This document shows positions 9,491 through 17,039 of a DNA stretch of 55,009 bases, piece after piece. The notes below the pieces were generated by a model. It was not told the origin of the DNA. It was given only the letters and a program-made list of their open reading frames with translations, and ran no database searches. Each line of letters starts with the position of its first letter. Position 1 is the stretch's first letter. This DNA comes from Ignavibacteriales bacterium. GTDB taxonomy: Bacteria; Bacteroidota; Ignavibacteria; UBA10030; UBA6906. The position numbers were made by a program, and so were the translations under genes. The stretch lies in the NCBI GenBank assembly GCA_037441705.1, contig JBBIRR010000028.1:1-55009 (forward strand). The letters run 5' to 3'.

Positions 9491-10558
9491 TTATAATGTT
9501 CGTTCTTTTGCGGCGCGTCCTTCCACCGCCGATACTCTCCTCGGGCGAAGAGAGCCGGGCTTGTACACGCGCCAGATCGAATCGGCAAAATAGCGCTTCG
9601 AATCGAAAAGGTGTTCGTACACTTCGAACCCGGTTTCCGCTGCAAGCTGTTCGATGTCGGCGACGAGGTACTTGTAGGAGTATTCGGTGTGGATCGGTTC
9701 CCAGGCTTCGAAGTGAAACCACCGTCCGATCTTCTCGATAAAGACGGATTGCTTTTCGAGGCTCACCAAATAGCTTTCCATCGCCCCGCTGAAGACATCG
9801 TACGTTCCGAAGTGCCTGAACTTCGTGATATCGAAGTTGCCGCCCAACTCACGATTGATCCGCTCTAACAAATTCAAATTGAAGTCGCGCGTCACGCCGT
9901 ACGGATCGTTGTACGCTCTGATGAGCATCTCAATATCCTTTTTCAAATCAAATCCTACCAACAGGAGATCATCATGATTGAGGGAATTCCAGAGACTGCG
10001 GAAGAAGAGAACATTCTCCGAGTGCGTGAAGTTGCCGACCGACGAGCCGAGAAACAGCACAAGGTTTCGTCTTTTGTGTCGGTGATTGAGCCACTTGATG
10101 CCGTTGCCGTACTCGGCGACGAGTCCATGCACTTCCACCGTCGGCAGATGGACATGCAGCGAATCCAACAGCCCTCGCATCGCCCCTTCGGAAATATCAA
10201 TCGGCACGTACTGAAAGTCGAGTCGGAGATTGGAAAAGCTTCCCAGCAGCGCAAGCGTTTTTGGACTGAAGCCGGCGCCAAGTTCGACAAGATTGAAGGG
10301 CTGGTCATGTTCAATGAAGCGCACGATCTCCTTCATGTGCCGCTCGATGATCTCTAACTCGCAACGCGTCGGATAGTACTCCTCCAGTTCGGTGATCTTC
10401 CGGAACAGTTCGCTGCCGCGATCATCATAAAAGTACTTTGAGGGAAGCGACTTGCGCGGCGACGTCAATCCCACCAAGACATCGAGCGCAAACTGATCCG
10501 TCTCGGTGAATGAGTCGGCAAAATCCTTCTCCCGCAAAATCTTGTACGACTGTTCCAT
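9491..10558 (-). CDS. egtD: L-histidine N-alpha-methyltransferase (hercynine synthase)
   Basis: KSLPSKYFYDDRGSELF, LEEYYPTRCE, LVELGAG, FLGSSVGNF, AYNDPYGVT and IHTEYSYKY motifs; start moved to ATG 10558 behind GGAGGAG. Confidence 0.93.
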   Translation of the reverse strand: MEQSYKILREKDFADSFTETDQFALDVLVGLTSPRKSLPSKYFYDDRGSELFRKITELEEYYPTRCELEIIERHMKEIVRFIEHDQPFNLVELGAGFSPKTLALLGSFSNLRLDFQYVPIDISEGAMRGLLDSLHVHLPTVEVHGLVAEYGNGIKWLNHRHKRRNLVLFLGSSVGNFTHSENVLFFRSLWNSLNHDDLLLVGFDLKKDIEMLIRAYNDPYGVTRDFNLNLLERINRELGGNFDITKFRHFGTYDVFSGAMESYLVSLEKQSVFIEKIGRWFHFEAWEPIHTEYSYKYLVADIEQLAAETGFEVYEHLFDSKRYFADSIWRVYKPGSLRPRRVSAVEGRAAKERTL

Positions 10559-10694
10559 TGTCTCCTCCGTCGCAGTTGTGAAGAAAGAAATTCTTTCAAA
10601 GAACACACTAACCACGGCTCTATCTCGAATCTCCCGATTCGAGTCCGGTCTTGTTTCGGTTTCAAAGCCTCGGAAGCGAAACGGGAGTTTAGCG

Positions 10695-11969
10695 CTACAG
10701 GTCTGACGCCAGGCGGAAGCCCGTGAACTGCCAGCGCTTTTCACACTGGAAGAAATTCCTGTACGTTGGCCGGATGTGCGTGCGCGGTGTCGCGCATGAG
10801 CCCCCGCGCAGCACCATCTGGTTGATCATGAACTTGCCGTTGTACTCGCCGAGGGGGCCGCGTTCCTGCTTGTAACCGGGATACGGAAGATAGGAGCTGG
10901 CCGTCCACTCCCACACATCGCCGAACATTTGCGACAGCCCCTGCGCGTTGACCCCCGGCGCTGCGCCGTACGGAACGGGGTGGTAAAACTCGCTCTCGAG
11001 GAAGTTGCCGCATGAGGCATCGGTCTTCACCATCGCGGCAGCTTTCTCCCATTCCGCTTCGGTGGGCAAACGTTTGTCAGCCCAGCGGGCGAACGCAGCG
11101 GCTTCGTAATAGCTGACGTGCGCGACCGGCTCCGTGGGTTCCAGCGGCCGCAAGCCGCCGAGCGTCATCACGTGCCATTGCCCGTCCCGCTTCTGCCAGT
11201 AGAGAGGCGCTTCCCAGTGTTCGCGCGTCAGCCAATCCCACCCGTCCGCAAGCCAGAGCAATGGATTCCGATAGCCGCCGTCGTTGATGAATTCGAGAAA
11301 CTCTCCGCAGGTCACGAGTCGGTTCATCAGAGCAAAGTCGCTCACGTACGTCTTGTGCCGAGGCATTTCGTTATCCCACGCGAAGCTCTCTCCGCTTGCC
11401 CCCATCTCGAACACACCACCCTCGACGGAGATGAAGCGAGCGCGCGGAACCTCCGCCCCCTGCGGCCGCGTCTTCGGCTCTCTGTACACCGGCATCAGCG
11501 GACTCGTCGCAAGGATGTGCTTGATATCCGTGACCAACAATTCCTGATGCTGCTGCTCATGATGCAGACCCAGTTCGATGAGCGGGGCAACTTTCTCGTG
11601 CGTCGCAGCATCAACGGACGTCATGAATTCCTTCATCCGCTCGTTCACTGCCAAACGATAGTCGTAGATGTCTCGCACCGTCGGGCGCGACAGCGTGCCG
11701 CGGATGTCTCTTCTCCACCTTTCGCCAAAACTTTGATAATAAGAGTTGAAGAGATAGAAGTACGTCTCGTTGTACGGCTTGTAGTCTTTCAGATGTTGGG
11801 TGAGAATGACTTGTTCGAAGAACCACGATGTGTGAGCGAGATGCCACTTGGGCGGACTCACATCGGGCATAGATTGGATGCAGTAGTCCTCGGTGACGAG
11901 AGGTTGGCAGAGACGTTCGGTGGTTTCTCGAACATCATCGAAGGCGGAAAGCAATGCACTGCGGTCCAT
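10695..11969 (-). CDS. egtB: Ergothioneine biosynthesis sulfoxide synthase (DinB-like + FGE-sulfatase domains), type II-like
   Basis: SPPKWHLAHTSWFFE, FNSYY, Fe-binding HHEQQHQEL, RLPTEAEWE, GDVWEWT, EYNGKFM and YRNFF...RWQFTGFRLA motifs; GGAGGT RBS. Confidence 0.93.
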   Translation of the reverse strand: MDRSALLSAFDDVRETTERLCQPLVTEDYCIQSMPDVSPPKWHLAHTSWFFEQVILTQHLKDYKPYNETYFYLFNSYYQSFGERWRRDIRGTLSRPTVRDIYDYRLAVNERMKEFMTSVDAATHEKVAPLIELGLHHEQQHQELLVTDIKHILATSPLMPVYREPKTRPQGAEVPRARFISVEGGVFEMGASGESFAWDNEMPRHKTYVSDFALMNRLVTCGEFLEFINDGGYRNPLLWLADGWDWLTREHWEAPLYWQKRDGQWHVMTLGGLRPLEPTEPVAHVSYYEAAAFARWADKRLPTEAEWEKAAAMVKTDASCGNFLESEFYHPVPYGAAPGVNAQGLSQMFGDVWEWTASSYLPYPGYKQERGPLGEYNGKFMINQMVLRGGSCATPRTHIRPTYRNFFQCEKRWQFTGFRLASDL

Positions 11970-12096
11970 CAACGTGATACCTCCTTCCGGGTGGAATGAA
12001 AGAACGGGTTGCCAGCAATGTGTACAAAAAGTATAACAAAACTATCATGAAAACGTCGCGGAAAGCACTGCCCCTCGTTGCGACAAGGCGCGGTGC

Positions 12097-13608
12097 TTAC
12101 TTCATTCGACCTTTCGTCACGAGATACGTCGCCGCGTCGCGGACGGATTGCTTTTCAAGATCCACCATCCTGTTCGCGCGGCGCATGGCTTCGTTGGTAA
12201 TTGACCCGATGAGAACTCGCAGGGCATTCACAAGCTGAGAATCTCGAGCCGCCTCGGATGAAATCAGTAAGACGGCATCATACGGAGGCAGCGCCTGTCG
12301 CGGATCGGTAAGAACACGAAGGTTGTACTCAACGATGCGCCCGTCGGTGGAGTAGGCCGAGATGACGTCAACCTGGTTTTCACGAACGGCCGAGTACATG
12401 AGTGTCGGATCGAACGTTCGCCGTCCGGCAAACTGCAGGTTGTATGTTTCCTGCAGTGAACGCCATTCGGGGCGACTGAAGAACTCGTAGTCACTTCCAA
12501 TCGTGAGCCGACGCGCATGCACGGCAAGTTCTTCCATCGAAGAAATATGCAGCCGATGCGCCGTGGATTCCGGCATGGCAAGCGCATACGTGTTTTCAAA
12601 TCCCAATCCACCCAACAACACGATGCCATATTCTCTTTCGAGGAAAGATCTGATTTGTTGCAACATCTCGTTCTTCGGCAGCAGGTCGGACCGGTGCATG
12701 ACGTTGGCCCACAGGGTGCCGGTGTAGTCCACGTAGCATTGGATGCTGTTCGCCGCGAGAGCATCGAACGCGACGGTGGATCCCAGACCGGATTTGGTTT
12801 CCACGGCGAACCCGGAGGCAGCCAATCGTTGCGAGATGAGATCGGCAAGGATGTACTGCTCGGTAAACGTCTTCGCCCCGACGATCACCGCGGGCTTCGT
12901 CGTCGCTGACTTCATCACCCACGGAAGAAACCCGGCAGCAATCAGCACAAGAAGCAATCCCGACCCAAACACAGCGAGCGACGTTCGGCGCTTTGCTGCG
13001 GCGAGTTCCAGCAATCGAATACTCTGATCGAGAACAATGGCAAGGAGAGCCGCTGCGACGCAACCCACAAGGACAGCAGTGAAGTTCTGCGTTTGCAGTC
13101 CGGCGAAGATGTAGTTGCCCAGACTCGTCGCGCCGACGGGCGTTGAGAGCGTCGCCATTCCCACCACCCACACCGCCGCGGTACGAATGCCGGCAATGAT
13201 AACCGGAAGTGCAAGCGGCAATTCGACCAGAAACAATTGCTGCCGCGCCGTCATGCCGACGCCTTTTGCCGCTTCGATCATCGTCGGCTCGATGCCGAGG
13301 ATGCCGGTCACCGTGTTTCTCAAGATCGGCAGCATGCTGTAGAGAACTAAGGCGATGAACGCAGGCAGAAAGCCGATCTGTCCGAGCAAAGGAACCATCA
13401 GCGCGAGAAGCGCGATGCCCGGCACGGTTTGCAGCACACCGGCAAACGTCAGCACCGGCCACTGAAGAGCCGCGACGCGCGCCACCAGAATCGCAAGCGG
13501 CAAGCAGATGAGAATGCTCAGCCCGAGCGCGGAAAGTGAAAGCAGCAAATGATTGCCGAGGTAATCGGGAAGCAACGAAAGTTGTTTGGCAAGCTCGGCT
13601 TCGCTCAT
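12097..13608 (-). CDS. ABC transporter, fused permease + glycine-betaine-type substrate-binding domain (OpuBC/EgtU-like)
   Basis: EAA motif EAAKGVGM; multiple TM helices; binding-domain motifs VGAKTFTEQYIL, YVDYTGT, GFENTYAL, AYSTDG, PPYDA; TGATG coupling to the upstream ATPase. Confidence 0.9.
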   Translation of the reverse strand: MSEAELAKQLSLLPDYLGNHLLLSLSALGLSILICLPLAILVARVAALQWPVLTFAGVLQTVPGIALLALMVPLLGQIGFLPAFIALVLYSMLPILRNTVTGILGIEPTMIEAAKGVGMTARQQLFLVELPLALPVIIAGIRTAAVWVVGMATLSTPVGATSLGNYIFAGLQTQNFTAVLVGCVAAALLAIVLDQSIRLLELAAAKRRTSLAVFGSGLLLVLIAAGFLPWVMKSATTKPAVIVGAKTFTEQYILADLISQRLAASGFAVETKSGLGSTVAFDALAANSIQCYVDYTGTLWANVMHRSDLLPKNEMLQQIRSFLEREYGIVLLGGLGFENTYALAMPESTAHRLHISSMEELAVHARRLTIGSDYEFFSRPEWRSLQETYNLQFAGRRTFDPTLMYSAVRENQVDVISAYSTDGRIVEYNLRVLTDPRQALPPYDAVLLISSEAARDSQLVNALRVLIGSITNEAMRRANRMVDLEKQSVRDAATYLVTKGRMK

Positions 13609-14378
13609 CAATCCGCCCTATCTGTGCGTAATGCGTGCAGCTTGTCCGCCTGACGCTGAGGTGTTGTTAGGAGTGCGGCGGCGTATGGGTGAAGAGGTGC
13701 GATCAGAAGCTCGCGTGGCGTTCCGAGAGCGACAATCCTTCCGTTCTCCATTACGGCAATGCGATCTGCCATCAGCAGTGCCTCGGTCATGTCGTGCGTT
13801 ACCAGCACGACGGTGAGGCCGAGCGTCTTCTGAATCTGGACAAATTCCGTCTGGAGGCGGTCACGATGAATGGGATCGAGCGCGCCGAACGGCTCATCCA
13901 TCAGCATGATGGAGGGTCGTGCGGCAAGTGCCCGCGCCACACCCACGCGCTGCTGCTGTCCGCCGGAGAGTTGCGCCAGCGTGCGCTGGCGAAACTCCGA
14001 CGGAACGAGCCCGACCAGGCTCAGCAGTTCATCAACCCGGTCGGCAATTTGTTTCTTCTCCCATCCCGAAAGACGAAGTACAATGCCGACGTTCTCGGCC
14101 ACCGTCATGTGCGGAAAGAGCCCGACGCCTTGAAACACATAGCCGATCGAGCGACGGAGGTCGGAAGGCTTCACACGCGTGTTCTCGACGCCATCGATGA
14201 GAATCACTCCCGAGCTTGGCTCAATGAGGCGGTTGATCATTTTCAGTGTCGTGGTCTTGCCGCAGCCGGATTCGCCGAGGAGGACGAGGAGTTCGCCGCG
14301 GGAGACGTCGAGCGAGAGGTCGTGCACGACGGGCGTGCCGCCGGAGTAGGATTTTGAGACGTGCTGGAATTGAATCAT
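13608..14378 (-). CDS. ABC transporter ATP-binding protein (OpuA/ProV-like, no CBS tail)
   Basis: Walker A GESGCGKT; signature LSGGQQQR; Walker B LMDEPFGALD; H-loop VTHD; start moved to ATG 14378. Confidence 0.93.
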   Translation of the reverse strand: MIQFQHVSKSYSGGTPVVHDLSLDVSRGELLVLLGESGCGKTTTLKMINRLIEPSSGVILIDGVENTRVKPSDLRRSIGYVFQGVGLFPHMTVAENVGIVLRLSGWEKKQIADRVDELLSLVGLVPSEFRQRTLAQLSGGQQQRVGVARALAARPSIMLMDEPFGALDPIHRDRLQTEFVQIQKTLGLTVVLVTHDMTEALLMADRIAVMENGRIVALGTPRELLIAPLHPYAAALLTTPQRQADKLHALRTDRAD

Positions 14379-14440
14379 CACCAAAGCCAATGCAAAGAAC
14401 AGACCCCCGGACGCCGAGTCCAACGTAGGAAATAATCCGC

Positions 14441-14508
14441 AGTGAGGCAAGAAGGAAGACACGTTTGCATGTCGCGCTCTTTTTGCTGTAATTTTCGGTT
14501 GCCGATGG
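14441..14508 (+). repeat. 68-bp imperfect direct repeat, copy 1 (promoter-like: TTGCAT ... TAATTT)
   Basis: 60/68 identity by manual ungapped alignment to 16905-16972. Confidence 0.9.
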
Positions 14509-14569
14509 GTGGATGCCAAGCGGGGGTGTGTTTCTACCGCTTAACCACATCAACATTTTCACAAACAAG

Positions 14570-16573
14570 ATGTATGGTGATGTTGAAGTGAAGACAACAA
14601 TATGTAGAGTCCCGTTGTTGAACCCTATCATTTTGGCAGTGATGATACTCTCCGGCCATTGCACGGTGCAAGCACAACCATATGCCGACCACCTTGTTTG
14701 GATTTGGGGTAGAAGCTTGAACACCGACAGTGGCTTGAACCAGATTCTGGAAATCTTGGATAGTGCTGCCCAGCATGGTTACAATGGGGCAGCGCTGGAG
14801 GACCGATTGGACTACTTGTCAGCGCAAGACTCTAACTATTTTCGTCGTCTTGATTCCCTCAAGAGGGCGTGCGATCGTCTCAACATTGAACTCATCCCCG
14901 CGGTTTTCAATGTAGGGTACGCTGGACGCATCTTAGCACATAATCGCAATCTTGCAGAAGGCTTCCCTGTTCGAAATGCACCATTTCGTGTGCAAGGCAT
15001 TCAGGCGGTACACGTCCCCGATACATCAGTGCGGGTTTTCAATGGGGGCTTTGAACGGTTCAACGGAAACACCTTGGAGGGCTTCCAACTCCAGGAACAA
15101 CCTGGTATTGTAAGCTTTGTAGATACCCTCGTTCGACATGGCGGCAGAGCATCACTCCGCATGGAACATTTCATGCCACCGTACGGTCACGGACGCATCA
15201 TGCAAGAGATCACTCTGCTCGCGCGTCGTTGCTACCGGGTGAGCATCTGGCTAAAAACTGATGGTCTCCTACCCCAGGATAATTTCTCCGTCATGGCATT
15301 TGCAACGGAAAACGATCGCGAGATTGCAAAGCGCGTTTTTCAAGTCCAGCACACGAGAGATTGGTTCAAGCTCACAATGTTATTCAATAGCCTGGCATCT
15401 CAGCGCGTGAAATTGTACACAGGAGTATGGGGTGCAACTGCGGGGAGATTTTGGATAGATGATTGGGTGATTGAAGAAATCGGACCGCTCAATGTGTTGC
15501 ATCGTCCGGGAACGCCGGTGACTGTAACAAACCATGATAGCTCGATAATCTACACTGAAGGAGTTGACTACGCACCGCTTGTGGATTCAAGCTTCAGCAA
15601 CGAAAATGTTGACCGCCCTCCAGCTACACTGCACATATTGCCCGGAAGTCGCATTATGAACGGTCAATTGCTTCGGGTGAACTGGTTTCACTCCCAAGTT
15701 ATTTATGGAGGACAAATCACGGCTTGTATGGGTGAACCCGAACTATACAATATCTTTAACGATGAAGCGAGGCGGCTCTGGGATCGGTTGCATCCACGAC
15801 GCGTATTCCTCTTCATGGATGAAATTCGCATGGGTGGGTCATGCGATGCCTGTCGTCACAGAAATATGGCACAACTCTTAGGCGAGTGCATCACGCGGCA
15901 AGTGCAAGCGTTTCGGATGCACGATTCACTGATACAATGTTACATCTGGTCCGACATGCTCGATTCAAATCATAACGCCATTCCCAACTACGAACTGGTG
16001 GAAGGAGACTTCACGGGGTCTTGGAATTATGTGCCCACCGACTTAGTGATCGCCGTCTGGGGAAGGGAACCGCGTGAAAATAGCATGCAGTTCTTTGCCC
16101 GGAATAATTTTCAAATTCTGGTGGCGTGCTATTATGACGCTGATAACCTGAATGATGTCATCGGCTGGATTCAACTTGCCCAGCGGACGCCTCGTGTGCG
16201 AGGTTTCATGTATACCACGTGGCGCCCGAGGTACGATTTTCTTGCCGCATTTGGTAATCTGGTGTGGGGGACGACTTTTGTTGATGGAGAAAAAGAGAAG
16301 AATGTACCCTTGCACTTTGATCTTCATCAGAACTACCCCAACCCATTCAACCCAAACACAACGATCAGTTTCACAATTCCAGACTCCGAGTTTGTTACAC
16401 TTAAAGTGTATGATTTGCTGGGACGAGAAGTTGCAACGCTTGTCAGTGAATCCTTAACTGCAGGAAGTTACTCGTATAAGTTTGAAGCAAGTAATCTTAC
16501 CAGCGGAGTTTATTTCTACAGAATTCAGGCTGGCAAATATACCGAAGTAAAGAAAATGATTTTAACAAAATGA
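14570..16573 (+). CDS. Secreted putative glycoside hydrolase (GH20-like barrel with CBM-like insert) with T9SS type A sorting domain
   Basis: Signal peptide ending VQA|QP; NGGFE CBM4/9-like start; MDEIRMGG and IWSDML barrel motifs; C-terminal QNYPNPFNP...LKVYDLLGREVATLV...SGVYFYRI...KKMIL. Start could be 14513, 14570 or GTG 14588. Visibly more A+T-rich than neighbours. Confidence 0.75.
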   Translation: MYGDVEVKTTICRVPLLNPIILAVMILSGHCTVQAQPYADHLVWIWGRSLNTDSGLNQILEILDSAAQHGYNGAALEDRLDYLSAQDSNYFRRLDSLKRACDRLNIELIPAVFNVGYAGRILAHNRNLAEGFPVRNAPFRVQGIQAVHVPDTSVRVFNGGFERFNGNTLEGFQLQEQPGIVSFVDTLVRHGGRASLRMEHFMPPYGHGRIMQEITLLARRCYRVSIWLKTDGLLPQDNFSVMAFATENDREIAKRVFQVQHTRDWFKLTMLFNSLASQRVKLYTGVWGATAGRFWIDDWVIEEIGPLNVLHRPGTPVTVTNHDSSIIYTEGVDYAPLVDSSFSNENVDRPPATLHILPGSRIMNGQLLRVNWFHSQVIYGGQITACMGEPELYNIFNDEARRLWDRLHPRRVFLFMDEIRMGGSCDACRHRNMAQLLGECITRQVQAFRMHDSLIQCYIWSDMLDSNHNAIPNYELVEGDFTGSWNYVPTDLVIAVWGREPRENSMQFFARNNFQILVACYYDADNLNDVIGWIQLAQRTPRVRGFMYTTWRPRYDFLAAFGNLVWGTTFVDGEKEKNVPLHFDLHQNYPNPFNPNTTISFTIPDSEFVTLKVYDLLGREVATLVSESLTAGSYSYKFEASNLTSGVYFYRIQAGKYTEVKKMILTK

Positions 16574-16583
16574 ATTATAGTCA

Positions 16584-16630
16584 TAGAGACGGGCGTGTTT
16601 TGGTTTACGCAGTATATGGCCTCGTCTCTA
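16584..16630. repeat. Degenerate REP-like inverted repeat (TAGAGACG ... CGTCTCTA)
   Basis: Inverted arms at 16584-16591 and 16623-16630; a further partial GTCTCTACA at about 16665; resembles GTAG-family REPs. Confidence 0.45.
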
Positions 16631-16697
16631 CAATCACAAAGTTTCCCATTCATCATAGCGAGGAGTCTCTACAAATCATAGCCTTAAGGCAATTTGC

Positions 16698-16904
16698 TTA
16701 GTCACTCAAGAGAAAATGATCGTGGTGATGAATTAACGGGAGGGGATTTTCTTTCTTCTGCAGCTTTGGTCTCACGCGCTCCACTTCTCGCCACACGCGT
16801 AACAGCATGTCACCCCAGATTTTTTCAATCTCCTCTTCGGTATACCCGCGACGAAACAACTCTTTCGTTACGTTCAGCGTCCGGCGGCGTCGCTCCAGCC
16901 GTCG
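16698..16904 (-). pseudogene. Frameshifted 3' remnant of a membrane dipeptidase (peptidase M19)
   Basis: DGWSDAA [1-nt frameshift] TLNVTKELFRRGYTEEEIEKIWGDMLLRVWREVE matches the M19 C-terminus; the fragment starts at the edge of repeat copy 2. Confidence 0.75.
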
Positions 16905-16972
16905 AGTGAGGCAAGAAGAAACACACGTTTGCATCTCACGCTCCTTTTGCTGTAATTTTCCTGTGCCGATGG
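16905..16972 (+). repeat. 68-bp imperfect direct repeat, copy 2 (likely promoter region of the BatA/vWA gene)
   Basis: 60/68 identity to 14441-14508; ends 67 bp before ATG 17040. Confidence 0.9.
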
Positions 16973-17039
16973 TAAGCTCACTCCCACACAAGGCGACACG
17001 GAAGCTGTTAGGTCTTCACGAAGGGCGTTCTGAAGCTGC

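Noticed and set aside
10695-11969. Selenoneine (senA) or ovothiol (ovoA) synthase
   Set aside because: No senB/senC neighbours and no C-terminal methyltransferase domain; motifs fit EgtB next to egtD.
14441-16972. CRISPR or IS interpretation of the 68-bp repeat
   Set aside because: Only two copies 2.4 kb apart, with no spacers, terminal inverted repeats, cas or transposase genes.
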